A stretch of 64,000 bases of DNA from Candidatus Krumholzibacteriia bacterium (GCA_942492615.1 CALOFL010000013.1:72839-136838); one strand, 5' to 3'; shown: positions 8,764 through 19,239, numbered from the stretch's first letter. Program-made: numbers and translations. Notes: generated by a model from the letters alone, not told the origin.

Positions 8764-11070
8764 CTAGAAGAAATTGCCGATGGTGAAGTGGGGTTCCCAA
8801 CGCGGTCCGCCCACCCTATCGAATCCATACCCGTAATCGAACCCGATGGTTCCCATCATCGGGACTTCCACCCTGATGCCGAATCCGGCGCCCTTGCGCA
8901 GATTCGACATGTCGGCCTCGCTGAAGCTGTTCCAGACATCACCCATATCCAGAAAGGTGAGTAGCTGGATGGCCCTGGTCAAGGGATACAGGATCTCCGT
9001 GTTGAAGATGGTGAAATACCGGCCACCGATGAAGGTGGGGTTGCCGCGGGGCACCACCTCGAGATCCTTGTAGCCGCGCAGGGGGTACTGTCGGTTGCCC
9101 CCCAGCCGGTAACGTTCCCAGTCCGGCACCGTATCGGCGGACTGCAGCCCGTGCAGCAGACCGAAGAAACCGCGCAGATGCAGGGCGAAGCCACCGGGCA
9201 TGCGCTGGTAGTAGGAATGCGAGAGCACGTGTTCCTGGAACTCGATCTGTCCCCCGAGCGGTCCGCCGGCCAGCTCGAAGCTGTAGCTCGTCTTGGAACC
9301 CTGGGTCGGAAAGAACGGGTTGTCCGTCGAGTTCCGGTTCAGGGAGACGCGGATGCTGCTCTTGAGCTGGGGCCAGTCGATACGGTCCAGGCGCTGCCAG
9401 GGCAGATCGCTGGTGCCGAGCGAGGCTTCCAGATCGTCAAGGTACTTGACGTAGCTCCCGGAGAAGTTGGACAGTCGGGTCTGCGACAGCTCGTACCGCA
9501 AGCCGACGCGGCTGAAACGGGTTCCCGGAATCCGGCGGCCCAGGCGAACGCTGAAGCCGCGGATCCGGCTCTCGTAGAAATCGTCGAAATTGTACTGGTA
9601 CCGGTCGAAGATATCGGCCCCGATCAACGTCGGCGTGCCCATGAACCAGGGTTCGGTGAAGCTGATGTCCACGTAGCGCCGGCGGCTGCCGAACTGCCAG
9701 GTCAGGCCCAGGTTCTGACCCTTGCCGCGGAAGTTGGTCTCGGCCACCTGGATGAAGCCGCTGGCCGAGGATTCGGCGCTGTAGGCCATGCCGAACATGA
9801 ACTGACCGGTCTGCTTCTCCTTGACCTTGAGGATCATGTCCACGTCGCCGTTGGGCACCGGCCGGATGTCCGGCTGGATGTCCTCGAAGAACCCCGTCTG
9901 GAAGATATCGCGGATGGTGGCCTGGATGCGCGTGTTGCTGAACGTGTCGCCCGGGAAGATGCGCATCTCGCGCAGGATCACCTTGTCGTAGGTCTTGGTG
10001 TTGCCGCTGACCTGGATGTCGTGGATCTTGGCCGGCCGGCCCTCGATGAACGTGAAGCCGACGTTGACGACCCGATCGACGATGTCGCGCGCCGGTTCGA
10101 CGGTGATGTAGATGTAGCCCCGGTCCGCATAGATCTGCTGCAGGTTGGCCAGGGTCTCGAGATACACGTCCTCCTTGAAGACCTCGCCCTTTTCCAGCCA
10201 GATCTGGTCGGCGATCAGCAGGTCGTCGAAAACCGTATTGCCCTGCCAGGCGATGTCGCCGATGACGTACTGCTCCCCTTCGGCGATACGGATGACGATA
10301 TCGAGCTTCTCGCGGTCTTCGCTGAAATTGAGGGCGACATCCTCCACCGCGGCATCCAGGTAACCCTCGTTGCGGCAATAGGTGACGATCCGTTCACGGT
10401 CCTCCTCGAACTGCTGCTTCTTGAAGGTGCCGCTCTTCAGGAACCCCTTGGTACCCTGCTTCATGGCGCCCCGCAGGTCGCCCGTGTCGAGATTGACATT
10501 GCCCTCGAAGGTGATGGTCTGGACCTTGACCTTCTTGCCCTCGACGACGTTGATCACGATGTCTTCCATGTTGTTCGCGTCGACCTGCGTGGAATCGGTG
10601 TCGATCTGGACGTTGTAGTAGCCCTTTTCATAGTAGAGCGCACGCAACGGCTTGAGTTCGCGGCGCGTCACCGCCGGATTCGCGAACTGTCCCACATGCA
10701 GGATGAACGCCTCGCGAAGGTCCTTCTCCTTGACCTTCCGGTTGCCCTGGAAACGGATGCTTCTGATCCGGGGGAATTCCTGGAGGTTGACCGTCAGCTT
10801 CACCCCGGCGGGGGTGTCCTGCTCGTAGATGTAGACGTCGGAGAATTTCTTGGTTTCGAACAGCCGGCGGATGGCCAGCGAGGCCAGCTCACGGGTGTAC
10901 ACCGCGCCGGTCTCGAGTTCCGACCAGGCCAGCACCTGGCGCGACCCCACCGTCAGGGCGCCCACGACCTCGATTTCGCTGATGGTGGCCGGTCCGGTCG
11001 ACTGGGCCCGGGCGTCGGTGACGACGACCGCAGCCAGAAGGAGCCAGAGGCAAGCAAGGCGGCGCTTCAT
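8764..11070 (-). CDS. bamA: Outer membrane protein assembly factor BamA
   Basis: Signal peptide, POTRA repeats (GNTKTYDKVILRE), ETNFRGKGQ, PLRGY loop, C-terminal aromatic (GNFF). Confidence 0.96.
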   Translation of the reverse strand: MKRRLACLWLLLAAVVVTDARAQSTGPATISEIEVVGALTVGSRQVLAWSELETGAVYTRELASLAIRRLFETKKFSDVYIYEQDTPAGVKLTVNLQEFPRIRSIRFQGNRKVKEKDLREAFILHVGQFANPAVTRRELKPLRALYYEKGYYNVQIDTDSTQVDANNMEDIVINVVEGKKVKVQTITFEGNVNLDTGDLRGAMKQGTKGFLKSGTFKKQQFEEDRERIVTYCRNEGYLDAAVEDVALNFSEDREKLDIVIRIAEGEQYVIGDIAWQGNTVFDDLLIADQIWLEKGEVFKEDVYLETLANLQQIYADRGYIYITVEPARDIVDRVVNVGFTFIEGRPAKIHDIQVSGNTKTYDKVILREMRIFPGDTFSNTRIQATIRDIFQTGFFEDIQPDIRPVPNGDVDMILKVKEKQTGQFMFGMAYSAESSASGFIQVAETNFRGKGQNLGLTWQFGSRRRYVDISFTEPWFMGTPTLIGADIFDRYQYNFDDFYESRIRGFSVRLGRRIPGTRFSRVGLRYELSQTRLSNFSGSYVKYLDDLEASLGTSDLPWQRLDRIDWPQLKSSIRVSLNRNSTDNPFFPTQGSKTSYSFELAGGPLGGQIEFQEHVLSHSYYQRMPGGFALHLRGFFGLLHGLQSADTVPDWERYRLGGNRQYPLRGYKDLEVVPRGNPTFIGGRYFTIFNTEILYPLTRAIQLLTFLDMGDVWNSFSEADMSNLRKGAGFGIRVEVPMMGTIGFDYGYGFDRVGGPRWEPHFTIGNFF

Positions 11071-11215
11071 ATGAGGAAACGGGCTCCCCCGGGATCGGGT
11101 TCAAGTTCGAAAACGGCGGCATCGTAACACCGAGACGGCACGCTATCAACGGTTGACCCAGTGAAAAAAGAACGGGGATCAGGACCCAGCCCCCGCCGCG
11201 CCGAACTGGTAATCC

Positions 11216-11240
11216 AACCCGCCTCCATGCGGGAAGTTCC
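11216..11240 (-). promoter_or_regulatory. Candidate ECF/sigmaE-type promoter upstream of bamA
   Basis: Minus strand GGAACTT (11240-11234), with GTT (11218-11216) 17 bp after GGAAC. Confidence 0.4.
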
Positions 11241-11323
11241 CGGGACAGATGTTGAACCACCTGCGGCAGGGGTAAAATAGGCCATGAAGGGCCATTAGGG
11301 AAGAAAGGAATAGCGTGGGCCGG

Positions 11324-11361
11324 ACAAAACGAAGCGGCCGGTGCATCGTCGCACCGGCCGC
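11324..11361 (-). terminator. Intrinsic terminator after clpC
   Basis: 11-bp stem GCGGCCGGTGC/GCACCGGCCGC with a 6-nt loop, followed by TTCGTTTTGT on the minus strand. Confidence 0.8.
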
Positions 11362-11392
11362 TGACGGGTCCTGGCGGCATCGCCGCCGCGGA

Positions 11393-13852
11393 TCAGGTCT
11401 TGAGCTCCTTGCTCGGAACCGCCTTGAAGGTCAGTTTGCCCCCCTTGACGCCGATCACCAGGTGGCTCTTGCTGGTCACCTCGCCGCGCAGTAGCTTCTC
11501 GCTGAGCGGATCCTCCACGTGCTTCTGGATCGCCCGGCGCAGGGGCCGCGCTCCCAGGTTCGGATCGAACCCTACGTCGCACAGGAATTCCTTGCACGGC
11601 TTGGTGAAGTCGAAGTCGATCTCCAGGTTTTTCAGACGTCCACTCACGTCAGCGAGCAGGATGTCGACGATCTTGGTGATGTCCTCGCGGTCCAGCGAGT
11701 TGAAGGTGATGATCTCGTCGATCCGATTGAGGAACTCCGGATTGAACGTCTTGCGCAGGTCGATGTCGATGTTGGCCTGGACCCGCTGGGCGGCGTGGTC
11801 CACCTGATCGGACCCGAATCCGACCCCGTGGCCGCCGTGCGTCTTGCGGCTGCCGACGTTGCTGGTCATGATCAGCACCGCGTTTCGGAAATCGACCGTC
11901 CGCCCGAAACTGTCGGTCAGCTGACCGTCGTCCAGGACCTGGAGCAGGATGTTGTAGACGTCTGGATGGGCCTTTTCGATCTCGTCCAGCAGGATGACGC
12001 AGTAGGGCTTGCGCCGGACCTTCTCGGTCAGCATGCCGCCCTCGTCATAGCCGACGTAACCCGGAGGCGCCCCGACCAGGCGGCTGACCGAGTGTTTCTC
12101 CATGTACTCGGACATGTCCACCCGGACCAGCGACGTCTGGTCGCCGAAGAGGAACTCCGTCAGGCGACGGGCCACTTCGGTCTTGCCGACACCGCTGGGG
12201 CCGAGGAAGATGAAGGAACCGATGGGCCGCCGTGGATCCCGCAGACCCGCCCGGTTGCGCCGGATGGACTTGGACACGGCCTCGAGGGCCTGATCCTGGC
12301 CGATGACCCACTTGCCCAGTTCCTCCTCCATGCGCAGCAACTTGTCCGTCTCTTCCTCTTCGACCTCGGAAACCGGAATGCCGGTGATTTCGGCGATGAC
12401 CTCGCACACCAGCTTGGTGTCCACCAGGCTCTGGGGTTCGGCGTTCTCGGAATTCCAGTTCTTCTTCAGGTCCTGGAGCTCCTTCTTGAGCGCCTTCTCC
12501 TCGTCCCGGAAGGCCGCGGCCTTCTCGAATTCCTGTGCCTGGATCGAGGATTCCTTCTCGGTGATGATCTCCTCGATCTTCTTTTCCAGTTCGCGCAGGT
12601 CCGGCGGCACGACCGTCATGCTCAGTCGGGCGCGGCTGCCGGCCTCGTCGATGACGTCGATGGCCTTGTCGGGCAGCGCGCGGCCGGAGATGTAGCGGTT
12701 GGACAGCCACACGGTCGACCGGATGGCGTCATCGTCGAACTTGACGCGGTGGTGCGCTTCGTACTTGTCCCGCAGGCCAAAGAGAATCTCGATGGTCTCC
12801 TCTTCGCTGGGCGGATTGACGGTCACGGGCTGGAATCGCCGTTCCAGGGCGCCGTCCTTCTCGATGAACTTGCGGTACTCGTCCATGGTCGTCGCGCCGA
12901 CGCACTGGATTTCCCCGCGGCTGAGAGCGGGTTTGAGCATGTTGGACGCGTCGATGGCGCCCTCGGCGCCGCCGGCGCCGACGATGGTGTGGAGCTCGTC
13001 GATGAACAGGATGACGTCGGGATTCTCCCGGATCTCCGCCATGATCTGCTTGAGGCGCTCCTCGAACTGCCCGCGGTACTTCGTGCCGGCGACGACGCTG
13101 GCCAGGTCCAGGGTGACGATTTCCTTGTCGCGCAGCAGGGCCGGCACGTTGCCCTCGACGATCTTGCTGGCGAAACCCTCGACGATCGCGGTCTTGCCGA
13201 CGCCCGGTTCGCCGATCAGGACGGGGTTGTTCTTCTTGCGCCGGCTGAGGATCTGGATGCAGCGGTCGATTTCGCTGGTGCGCCCGATGGTCGGGTCCAG
13301 CTTGCCCTCGCGGGCCATGTCGGTCATGTTGCGGCCGAACTGCTCGAGAACCGAGTTTTCCTTCTTCTTGGGCTGTTTGCGTTTGCGGCCGGGCGCGGCC
13401 TTGCCGAACGGATCGCCGCCGCCGAGGGCCTTCATCACCTCGCGCTTGACCGTTTCGTGATCGACATTCATGTCGGTCAGGACACGGGCCGCCACGCCTT
13501 CGCCTTCGCGGATCAGCGCCAGCAGCAGGTGCTCGGTGCCCACGTAGTTGTGGTTGTGCAGGCGGGCTTCGTCGATCGAGAGCTCCAGCACCTTCTTGGC
13601 GCGGGGCGTGAACGGGATCTCCCCGATGCTGACCGGCCCCATGGGCGCGTTGACCGAATCCTCGACGGCCTTCTGGATCCGCTCGAAGTCGATGTTCATG
13701 CGCCGGAGCACGTTGGCCGCGACGCCTTCGCCCTCGCGAATGACGCCGAGCAGGAGGTGTTCGGTCCCGATGTAGTCGTGCTGCAGCCTGCCGGCTTCGT
13801 CACGGGCGAGAAACAGTACCTTGCGAACTCGTTGCGTAAAGCGGTCGTTCAT
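11393..13852 (-). CDS. clpC: ATP-dependent Clp protease ATPase subunit ClpC
   Basis: Start at MNDRFTQR (13852); two Clp-N repeats (GTEHLL), [11 protein letters not shown]-type middle coiled coil, [11 protein letters not shown] ClpP-docking loop. Confidence 0.96.
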   Translation of the reverse strand: MNDRFTQRVRKVLFLARDEAGRLQHDYIGTEHLLLGVIREGEGVAANVLRRMNIDFERIQKAVEDSVNAPMGPVSIGEIPFTPRAKKVLELSIDEARLHNHNYVGTEHLLLALIREGEGVAARVLTDMNVDHETVKREVMKALGGGDPFGKAAPGRKRKQPKKKENSVLEQFGRNMTDMAREGKLDPTIGRTSEIDRCIQILSRRKKNNPVLIGEPGVGKTAIVEGFASKIVEGNVPALLRDKEIVTLDLASVVAGTKYRGQFEERLKQIMAEIRENPDVILFIDELHTIVGAGGAEGAIDASNMLKPALSRGEIQCVGATTMDEYRKFIEKDGALERRFQPVTVNPPSEEETIEILFGLRDKYEAHHRVKFDDDAIRSTVWLSNRYISGRALPDKAIDVIDEAGSRARLSMTVVPPDLRELEKKIEEIITEKESSIQAQEFEKAAAFRDEEKALKKELQDLKKNWNSENAEPQSLVDTKLVCEVIAEITGIPVSEVEEEETDKLLRMEEELGKWVIGQDQALEAVSKSIRRNRAGLRDPRRPIGSFIFLGPSGVGKTEVARRLTEFLFGDQTSLVRVDMSEYMEKHSVSRLVGAPPGYVGYDEGGMLTEKVRRKPYCVILLDEIEKAHPDVYNILLQVLDDGQLTDSFGRTVDFRNAVLIMTSNVGSRKTHGGHGVGFGSDQVDHAAQRVQANIDIDLRKTFNPEFLNRIDEIITFNSLDREDITKIVDILLADVSGRLKNLEIDFDFTKPCKEFLCDVGFDPNLGARPLRRAIQKHVEDPLSEKLLRGEVTSKSHLVIGVKGGKLTFKAVPSKELKT

Positions 13853-14091
13853 TCCGTTGCGCCTCCAATGCGTAACCCGGGTCGCGATTCCTGTCGATAC
13901 ACCGATCCGGCCCCCGAGGGCCGCAACCGGGCCAACCACCCTTGCGAAGAATATACTGGTGCGGCCCATCCAACGCTACCATGACCTCGGACGACCGGAG
14001 TGGAGAGGGCCGCACTCGGGTCGCCGCCCCTGCTTAGATTTTCGTCGTAATGGAGTAAAACTTTAACCTGTAAACATATCGAGAGTTCGTT

Positions 14092-15156
14092 TCAGGGACC
14101 CGTGGTCGCAAACACATCCCGCAGAAAGGCCGCGCGCGCGGCGGATTTTTCGCGGCTCGACAGAATCCGGCCCGCCGCCAATTCGAGATGTGCCGTCTGC
14201 TGGCGCACCAGGGCCTCGTTCAGCAGTCCGGCCGCCAACGGCGGCAGGATACCCAGACCGCTCCCCAGACGCACGTTCGACAGACGATCAAAGGCCTCCT
14301 GGGCCGTCAGCAGGCGCGCTCGCCGCAGGACGCCCAGACTGCGTTCGGCCAGATCCTCCACGCCGAGAGGGTCGCGCTGGTAGATCTGATCCCGGGCCAT
14401 CCGCTCGTAGGTGATGATCTTGGCCACGTGGACGCCGAAATCTTCGCCGATCTCCTGCTCGTCACGCCCCAGCGTCACCAGGTTGGAGATGCGAAATATC
14501 GCGCCCTTGACCGTATCGCCGTGGCCGAACAGGCCCCGCACCGAGAACTGGAGCTGCCGCAGCGCGTTGAGGACCTTCTCGATTTCGCCGGCGAGCACCA
14601 GACCCGGCAGATGAAGCAGGGAGGTGAAATGCAGGCCCGTGCCGACATCCGTCGGACACGAAGTCAGGTAGCCCAGATCGTCAACATAGGCCGGCTCGAC
14701 CTCCGCCTCGAGCAAACGGTCCAATTCCAGGACTTTGGCCAGGCAGGCGTCCGGGGCGAAACCGGAGGCGTAGGCGCGTAGCCGAATGTGATCCTGGAGA
14801 TTGACGGCCGCCGCCAGGGTGGAGTCGGGCGCCAGCATCAGGGCGCGGTGACGAATCCCGGTCGGCGTCAGTCGCCCGGTCAACTGCATCTCCTGGAGGG
14901 CCCGCAGCTGGGTGTCCTCCAGCTTGTCCAGCTCCAACAGCCAGCCGTCCGCCAGGGGCGCGAAACGCGACAGCCGGCGGCACAGATCCCCGCAGACGGT
15001 GCCGAGTTCGGCATCCGAAGCATGGTCCGGAAACGGGAACGTGTTCAGGTTGCGCACCAGTTCGGCGCGGGTCGCCAGGACGATATCCGCATGAGGCCCC
15101 TGCTCGTTGAACCAGGCGGGCAGCTGCCGTTGGAAATCCGGGAAGAAGCGGTTCAC
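14092..15156 (-). CDS. mcsB: McsB-family protein arginine kinase homolog with degenerate active site (possible pseudokinase)
   Basis: GPHADIVL, GYLTSCPTDVGTG, HLPGLV, ISNLVTLG and RAAFLRD motifs; lies between mcsA and clpC. The NEEDH motif reads NLQDH. Confidence 0.9.
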   Translation of the reverse strand: MNRFFPDFQRQLPAWFNEQGPHADIVLATRAELVRNLNTFPFPDHASDAELGTVCGDLCRRLSRFAPLADGWLLELDKLEDTQLRALQEMQLTGRLTPTGIRHRALMLAPDSTLAAAVNLQDHIRLRAYASGFAPDACLAKVLELDRLLEAEVEPAYVDDLGYLTSCPTDVGTGLHFTSLLHLPGLVLAGEIEKVLNALRQLQFSVRGLFGHGDTVKGAIFRISNLVTLGRDEQEIGEDFGVHVAKIITYERMARDQIYQRDPLGVEDLAERSLGVLRRARLLTAQEAFDRLSNVRLGSGLGILPPLAAGLLNEALVRQQTAHLELAAGRILSSREKSAARAAFLRDVFATTGP

Positions 15157-15689
15157 GCGTCCTCCTCCCGGGACTCCAGCTGGCGGATACGATCTCGCAG
15201 GCGCGCGGCCTCCTCGAAATCCTCCGCCGCGATGGCCTTTTCGAGCGCCACGCGGATGCGGGCGATTTCGCCCGGCCCGTTGGCCGTACCGGTATCCGGC
15301 CGGGGCGCCTTGCCGAGATGGGAAACGTGACGGTGGAAGCTGGCCAGCATGGGCATCAGCCGGGCACGAAACGACTGGTAGCAGCGGGGACAGCCGAGCC
15401 GGTTGGTGGCCCCGAACTGTTTGAGACTGTAGCCGCAGGAAGTGCAGGTGCGCGCCGCGTCCTCGGCCGCCGGTTCGGCGGGTCCGAAGACCTGGCCCAG
15501 GAAGGATGCCAGAGATTCGGAGTCGACCGGCTCGCTCGTGCCGTCACCTTTGGCCGCGTCGGCGGCACCGTCGGTGCGTTCGTCCTTGCCGGCACAGATG
15601 GGACACAGCCACAGGCTCTTGCGGTCGCCATCGACCAGCTCGATGAGATGGATGGAGGCGTCGCGCTTCCCGCAGCGCTGGCAGGTCAT
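15153..15689 (-). CDS. mcsA: McsA (four CxxC motifs plus UVR domain)
   Basis: CQRC, CPIC, CTSC and CPRC, HLGKAP, and a C-terminal UVR motif EDFEEAARLRDRI. Confidence 0.92.
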   Translation of the reverse strand: MTCQRCGKRDASIHLIELVDGDRKSLWLCPICAGKDERTDGAADAAKGDGTSEPVDSESLASFLGQVFGPAEPAAEDAARTCTSCGYSLKQFGATNRLGCPRCYQSFRARLMPMLASFHRHVSHLGKAPRPDTGTANGPGEIARIRVALEKAIAAEDFEEAARLRDRIRQLESREEDA

Positions 15690-16378
15690 CCGGACACCTC
15701 CCGGTCCGGGACCAGGCGGTGGTCCCGCAGCCGCAGCGTCCGGTCCGCCCGTTGCGCCAGGCGCGGGTCGTGGGTGACGATGACCAGGCTCGTGCCCTCG
15801 CGCCGGCGCAGATCGAAGAGCATGTCCCCCAGCCTCTGGCCGATTTCGTGATCGAGGTTGCCGAAGGGTTCGTCGGCCAGAACGATGCGCGGCCGGTTCA
15901 TGAAGGCCCGGGCCACGGCGACGCGCTGCTGCTCGCCGCCGGATAGTTCGCCGGGCAGATGATCGGCCCGGTCGGTCAGCCCCGTCACCGCGAGGAACTC
16001 GGCGGCGCGTGCGCGATCGGACTCCGTCACTCCACCGCGGCTGCGGGCGGGGATCAGGAGGTTCTCCCGGGCCGTGAAATCCGGCAGCAGGAAGTGGAAC
16101 TGGAAGACGAAGCCGACGCCAGCCGAACGCCAGCGGGTCATGGCGCGATGGCTCTGCTGTTCCAGCACGCGCCCTTCGAACAGCACCTCCCCTGCGGTGG
16201 GATTATCCAGCCCGCCGAGGATGTTCAACAGGGTGCTCTTGCCCGAACCGCTCGGCCCCATGATGGCGACCGCCTCGCCCGCGGCCAGGTTGAAGTCGCA
16301 CGACTGCAGGACATCCACCGTGCTGCCGTGACGGGGGAAAGTCTTGGTCAGGTTGCGGGCTTCCAGGAGACTGGTCAT
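15686..16378 (-). CDS. lolD: Lipoprotein-releasing ABC transporter ATP-binding protein
   Basis: [51 protein letters not shown]. Confidence 0.9.
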   Translation of the reverse strand: MTSLLEARNLTKTFPRHGSTVDVLQSCDFNLAAGEAVAIMGPSGSGKSTLLNILGGLDNPTAGEVLFEGRVLEQQSHRAMTRWRSAGVGFVFQFHFLLPDFTARENLLIPARSRGGVTESDRARAAEFLAVTGLTDRADHLPGELSGGEQQRVAVARAFMNRPRIVLADEPFGNLDHEIGQRLGDMLFDLRRREGTSLVIVTHDPRLAQRADRTLRLRDHRLVPDREVSG

Positions 16379-16418
16379 GTTATCGCAGGCCTTTCCCTTG
16401 CCGTACGCGGGTGCGCGA

Positions 16419-17663
16419 TCAGGTGTAACGGATGATTTCCATCGGCTTGAGGTTCGACGCCTCCCAGCTCGGCCACAGTCCGGCCACCAGCGCCATCACC
16501 AGGGTGATGCCGCCGACCAGCAGAAAATCCGGCCATTGCAGCAGAACCGGCACCCGGTCCACGAAGTAGACGTCCCCCGGCAACGCGATCCCGAACCGGT
16601 CCAGGCTGTAGATCACCAGCAGCCCGACGAGGCTGCCGGAGAACACACCGACGGCGCCGAGCCAGATCCCGTTGATCAGGAAGATGCCCATCACCTGCCC
16701 TCGCCTGACGCCCATGGCCAGCAGGATGCCGATCTCCCGGCGGCGCTCACCGACCATCATGGTCAGGATGCCGACAATGTTGAAACCGGCGATGAGGATG
16801 ATCATGCCCAGCAGCAGGATCATGATGATCTTCTCGAGCTTGATCCACTGGAACAGGTTGGCATTCAGGGCCATCCAGTCGGTGGCGTAGAACTCCCCGC
16901 CCAACCCGTCCTCGAGGCGGTCGGCGACCCGGTCCGCGCGCATGAGATCGACCACCTTCACCCCCAGGAGCGAGGCGCCGCCGGGCCCGTAGCCGAAGAA
17001 TTCCCGCGCCGGCTCCAGATCCACGTAGACGAAGCGGCTGTCGAACTCGAACATCCCCGTCTCGAAAAACCCGGCCACCACGAACTTGCGGCTCTCGGCC
17101 TTGATGTCGTCGAGATCCAGCTCACCGTTGACGGTCGTCAGGACCACCGTATCCCCGATGGCGGTGTAGAGACTGCTGGCCAGGTCCGCCCCGAGGATGG
17201 TCCGCGGGACTCCGGGCACCTTCAGCGAATCGAGGACCGCCGCGGTCGGCAGCAGGAATTTCTTCAGGGGCTGGACGGTATCCACCAGGTCCGGATCGAT
17301 GCCCCAGGCCACGATGTCGCGGATCCGGGGCGGCCCCAGGGTACGCGTGGCGGTTGCCAGACCGACCTGGCGGATGAACGGTGCGACCCCCAGCACCTCA
17401 TCGTCCTCGCCCACCGCATCCATGATCCGACCCAGGTCCGTGAACCCCGCGGGTTCCGAGGTGATGATGGTGATCATCGGCATGTTCTCGACGAAGGTCC
17501 GGCGCATCTCCGAGTGGAAGCCGTTCATGACCGCCAGCGTGATATTCAGGACGGCGACCCCGATGGCGATCCCGACGATGGCCGTGACGCTGCCGCGGCT
17601 GAGGAACCGGCTGTGGCGGCGGCTGCGGAGATAACGTCTGGCGATGTAGCCCGCGAAGTCCAT
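16419..17663 (-). CDS. lolC: Lipoprotein-releasing ABC transporter permease (single LolC/E-type gene)
   Basis: Start MDFAGYIARRYL (17663); AVMNGF, MacB-like periplasmic domain, ERRREIGILLAMG, YFVDRVPV, P.EIIRY C-terminus. Confidence 0.88.
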   Translation of the reverse strand: MDFAGYIARRYLRSRRHSRFLSRGSVTAIVGIAIGVAVLNITLAVMNGFHSEMRRTFVENMPMITIITSEPAGFTDLGRIMDAVGEDDEVLGVAPFIRQVGLATATRTLGPPRIRDIVAWGIDPDLVDTVQPLKKFLLPTAAVLDSLKVPGVPRTILGADLASSLYTAIGDTVVLTTVNGELDLDDIKAESRKFVVAGFFETGMFEFDSRFVYVDLEPAREFFGYGPGGASLLGVKVVDLMRADRVADRLEDGLGGEFYATDWMALNANLFQWIKLEKIIMILLLGMIILIAGFNIVGILTMMVGERRREIGILLAMGVRRGQVMGIFLINGIWLGAVGVFSGSLVGLLVIYSLDRFGIALPGDVYFVDRVPVLLQWPDFLLVGGITLVMALVAGLWPSWEASNLKPMEIIRYT

Positions 17664-17664
17664 A

Positions 17665-19191
17665 TCAGTCCTGGCTTTCGGTGGGCTGCTCGGGACGCAT
17701 GTGGGGGAAGAGCAGGACGTCACGGATGTTGTTCGTGTCGACCAGGAGCATCACCAGGCGGTCGATGCCCAGGCCCATGCCTCCGGTCGGCGGCATGCCC
17801 TGTTCCATCGCCTGCAGGAAATCCTCGTCGATGGGCTGGGCCTCGTCGTCGCCCGCGTCCATCAGGGCCTTCTGGTCCTGGAAACGGCGGCGCTGCTCGC
17901 GGGGGTCGTTGAGCTCGCTGAAACTGTTGGCGACCTCGAAGCCGGCGATGAACAGCTCGAAACGTTCGACCAGTCCGTCGGTTTCGCGGTGGGCCTTCGC
18001 CAGCGGTGACAGTTCCTTGGGGTGGTCCATCACGAACGTGGGCTGGATGAGGTCGGGCTCGACCAGGATGCTGAACAGCTCGTCGAGGATCTTGTCCCGC
18101 CCCATGCCTTTCTTCAGTTCCACCCCGTAACCCTTGGCCAGTCCCGCCAGTTCGTCGTTGTCCAGGACCATGAGATCCCGCCCCGTCTTGTCCGCCAGCG
18201 CGTCCATGAAACGCAGGCGTACGAACGGCCGGGTGAAATCCATCTCGTGTTCGCCGTAGGTCAACTTGCCTTCCTGTCCGAAATCGAGGGCCAACCGGCG
18301 CAGCAGGCGTTCGGTCAGCTCCATCATGCCGTGGTAGTCCCAGTACGCCGCATAACACTCGAGCATGGTGAATTCGGGATTGTGGGTGCGATCCATACCC
18401 TCGTTGCGGAAATCCTTGGCGATCTCGTAGACCTTCTCCAGGCCGCCGATGATCAGCCGTTTGAGGTAGAGTTCGTCGGCGATACGCATGTAGAGGGTCA
18501 TATCCAGGGCGTTGTGGTGCGTGGTGAACGGCCGGGCCGTCGCTCCCCCATAGAGCGGCTGCAGGACCGGCGTTTCGACCTCCAGGAACTCCTCCTCGGC
18601 AAAGAACTGGCGGATCGCCGCGATGATGGCGCTGCGCTTCTTGAACCGCTCGCGGCTGTCCACGTTCATCGCCAGGTCGAGATAGCGGCGGCGGCTCTTG
18701 TTCTCGAGACTCATGTCGTGGAACTTTTCGGGCAGCGGCCGGATGGCCTTGGCCAGGAAGGTGAAGTCCTCCACCTTGATGCTCATCTCGTCGGTCCGCG
18801 TCCGGAAGAGGGTGCCCTCGACGCCGACCCAGTCGCCGATGTCGATCAGCTTCTGGATCCGGTGGAACCGCTCCTCACCCAGATCGTCCTTGCGGAAATA
18901 GGCCTGGACCGGGCCCCACTCGTCCTGGATGGGGATGAAGAGCGTCTTACCGGTGCCCCGTTTGGTCATGATCCTGCCCGGATAACGTACCTTCGTCTCC
19001 GCGGCGGTCAGTTCCGCTTCGTCGCGCCGCAGTTCGGTGCTGGTGTGACTCCGGTCGTAGGCGTACGGGTACAGCGGCACCTCACGTCCCAGTTCCTCCA
19101 TTTTCTCCAGCCGGGCCTCGATCAGCCGGTGGGGGCTCTCGGTTTCGGCGGCTGTATCCGGCTGGCGGGGGGTCTTGTCCGAATTGGTCAC
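17665..19191 (-). CDS. lysS: Lysyl-tRNA synthetase (class II)
   Basis: RRRYLDL, FLEVETP, GGATARPF, FRNEG..HNPEFT, YGMPP-like QGMPPTGGMGLGIDRL, IRDVLLFP. Confidence 0.97.
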   Translation of the reverse strand: MTNSDKTPRQPDTAAETESPHRLIEARLEKMEELGREVPLYPYAYDRSHTSTELRRDEAELTAAETKVRYPGRIMTKRGTGKTLFIPIQDEWGPVQAYFRKDDLGEERFHRIQKLIDIGDWVGVEGTLFRTRTDEMSIKVEDFTFLAKAIRPLPEKFHDMSLENKSRRRYLDLAMNVDSRERFKKRSAIIAAIRQFFAEEEFLEVETPVLQPLYGGATARPFTTHHNALDMTLYMRIADELYLKRLIIGGLEKVYEIAKDFRNEGMDRTHNPEFTMLECYAAYWDYHGMMELTERLLRRLALDFGQEGKLTYGEHEMDFTRPFVRLRFMDALADKTGRDLMVLDNDELAGLAKGYGVELKKGMGRDKILDELFSILVEPDLIQPTFVMDHPKELSPLAKAHRETDGLVERFELFIAGFEVANSFSELNDPREQRRRFQDQKALMDAGDDEAQPIDEDFLQAMEQGMPPTGGMGLGIDRLVMLLVDTNNIRDVLLFPHMRPEQPTESQD

Positions 19192-19239
19192 GTCGCTCTC
19201 CTGGACCCGGACGGCCGGGTCGGTTGGCAGGTGTGGCGC

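Noticed and set aside
13995-14020. GAGTG...CACTC inverted repeat upstream of clpC as a CIRCE element
   Set aside because: Arms are in the wrong order and lack the TTAGCACTC-N9-GAGTGCTAA consensus; no CtsR heptad repeats seen either.
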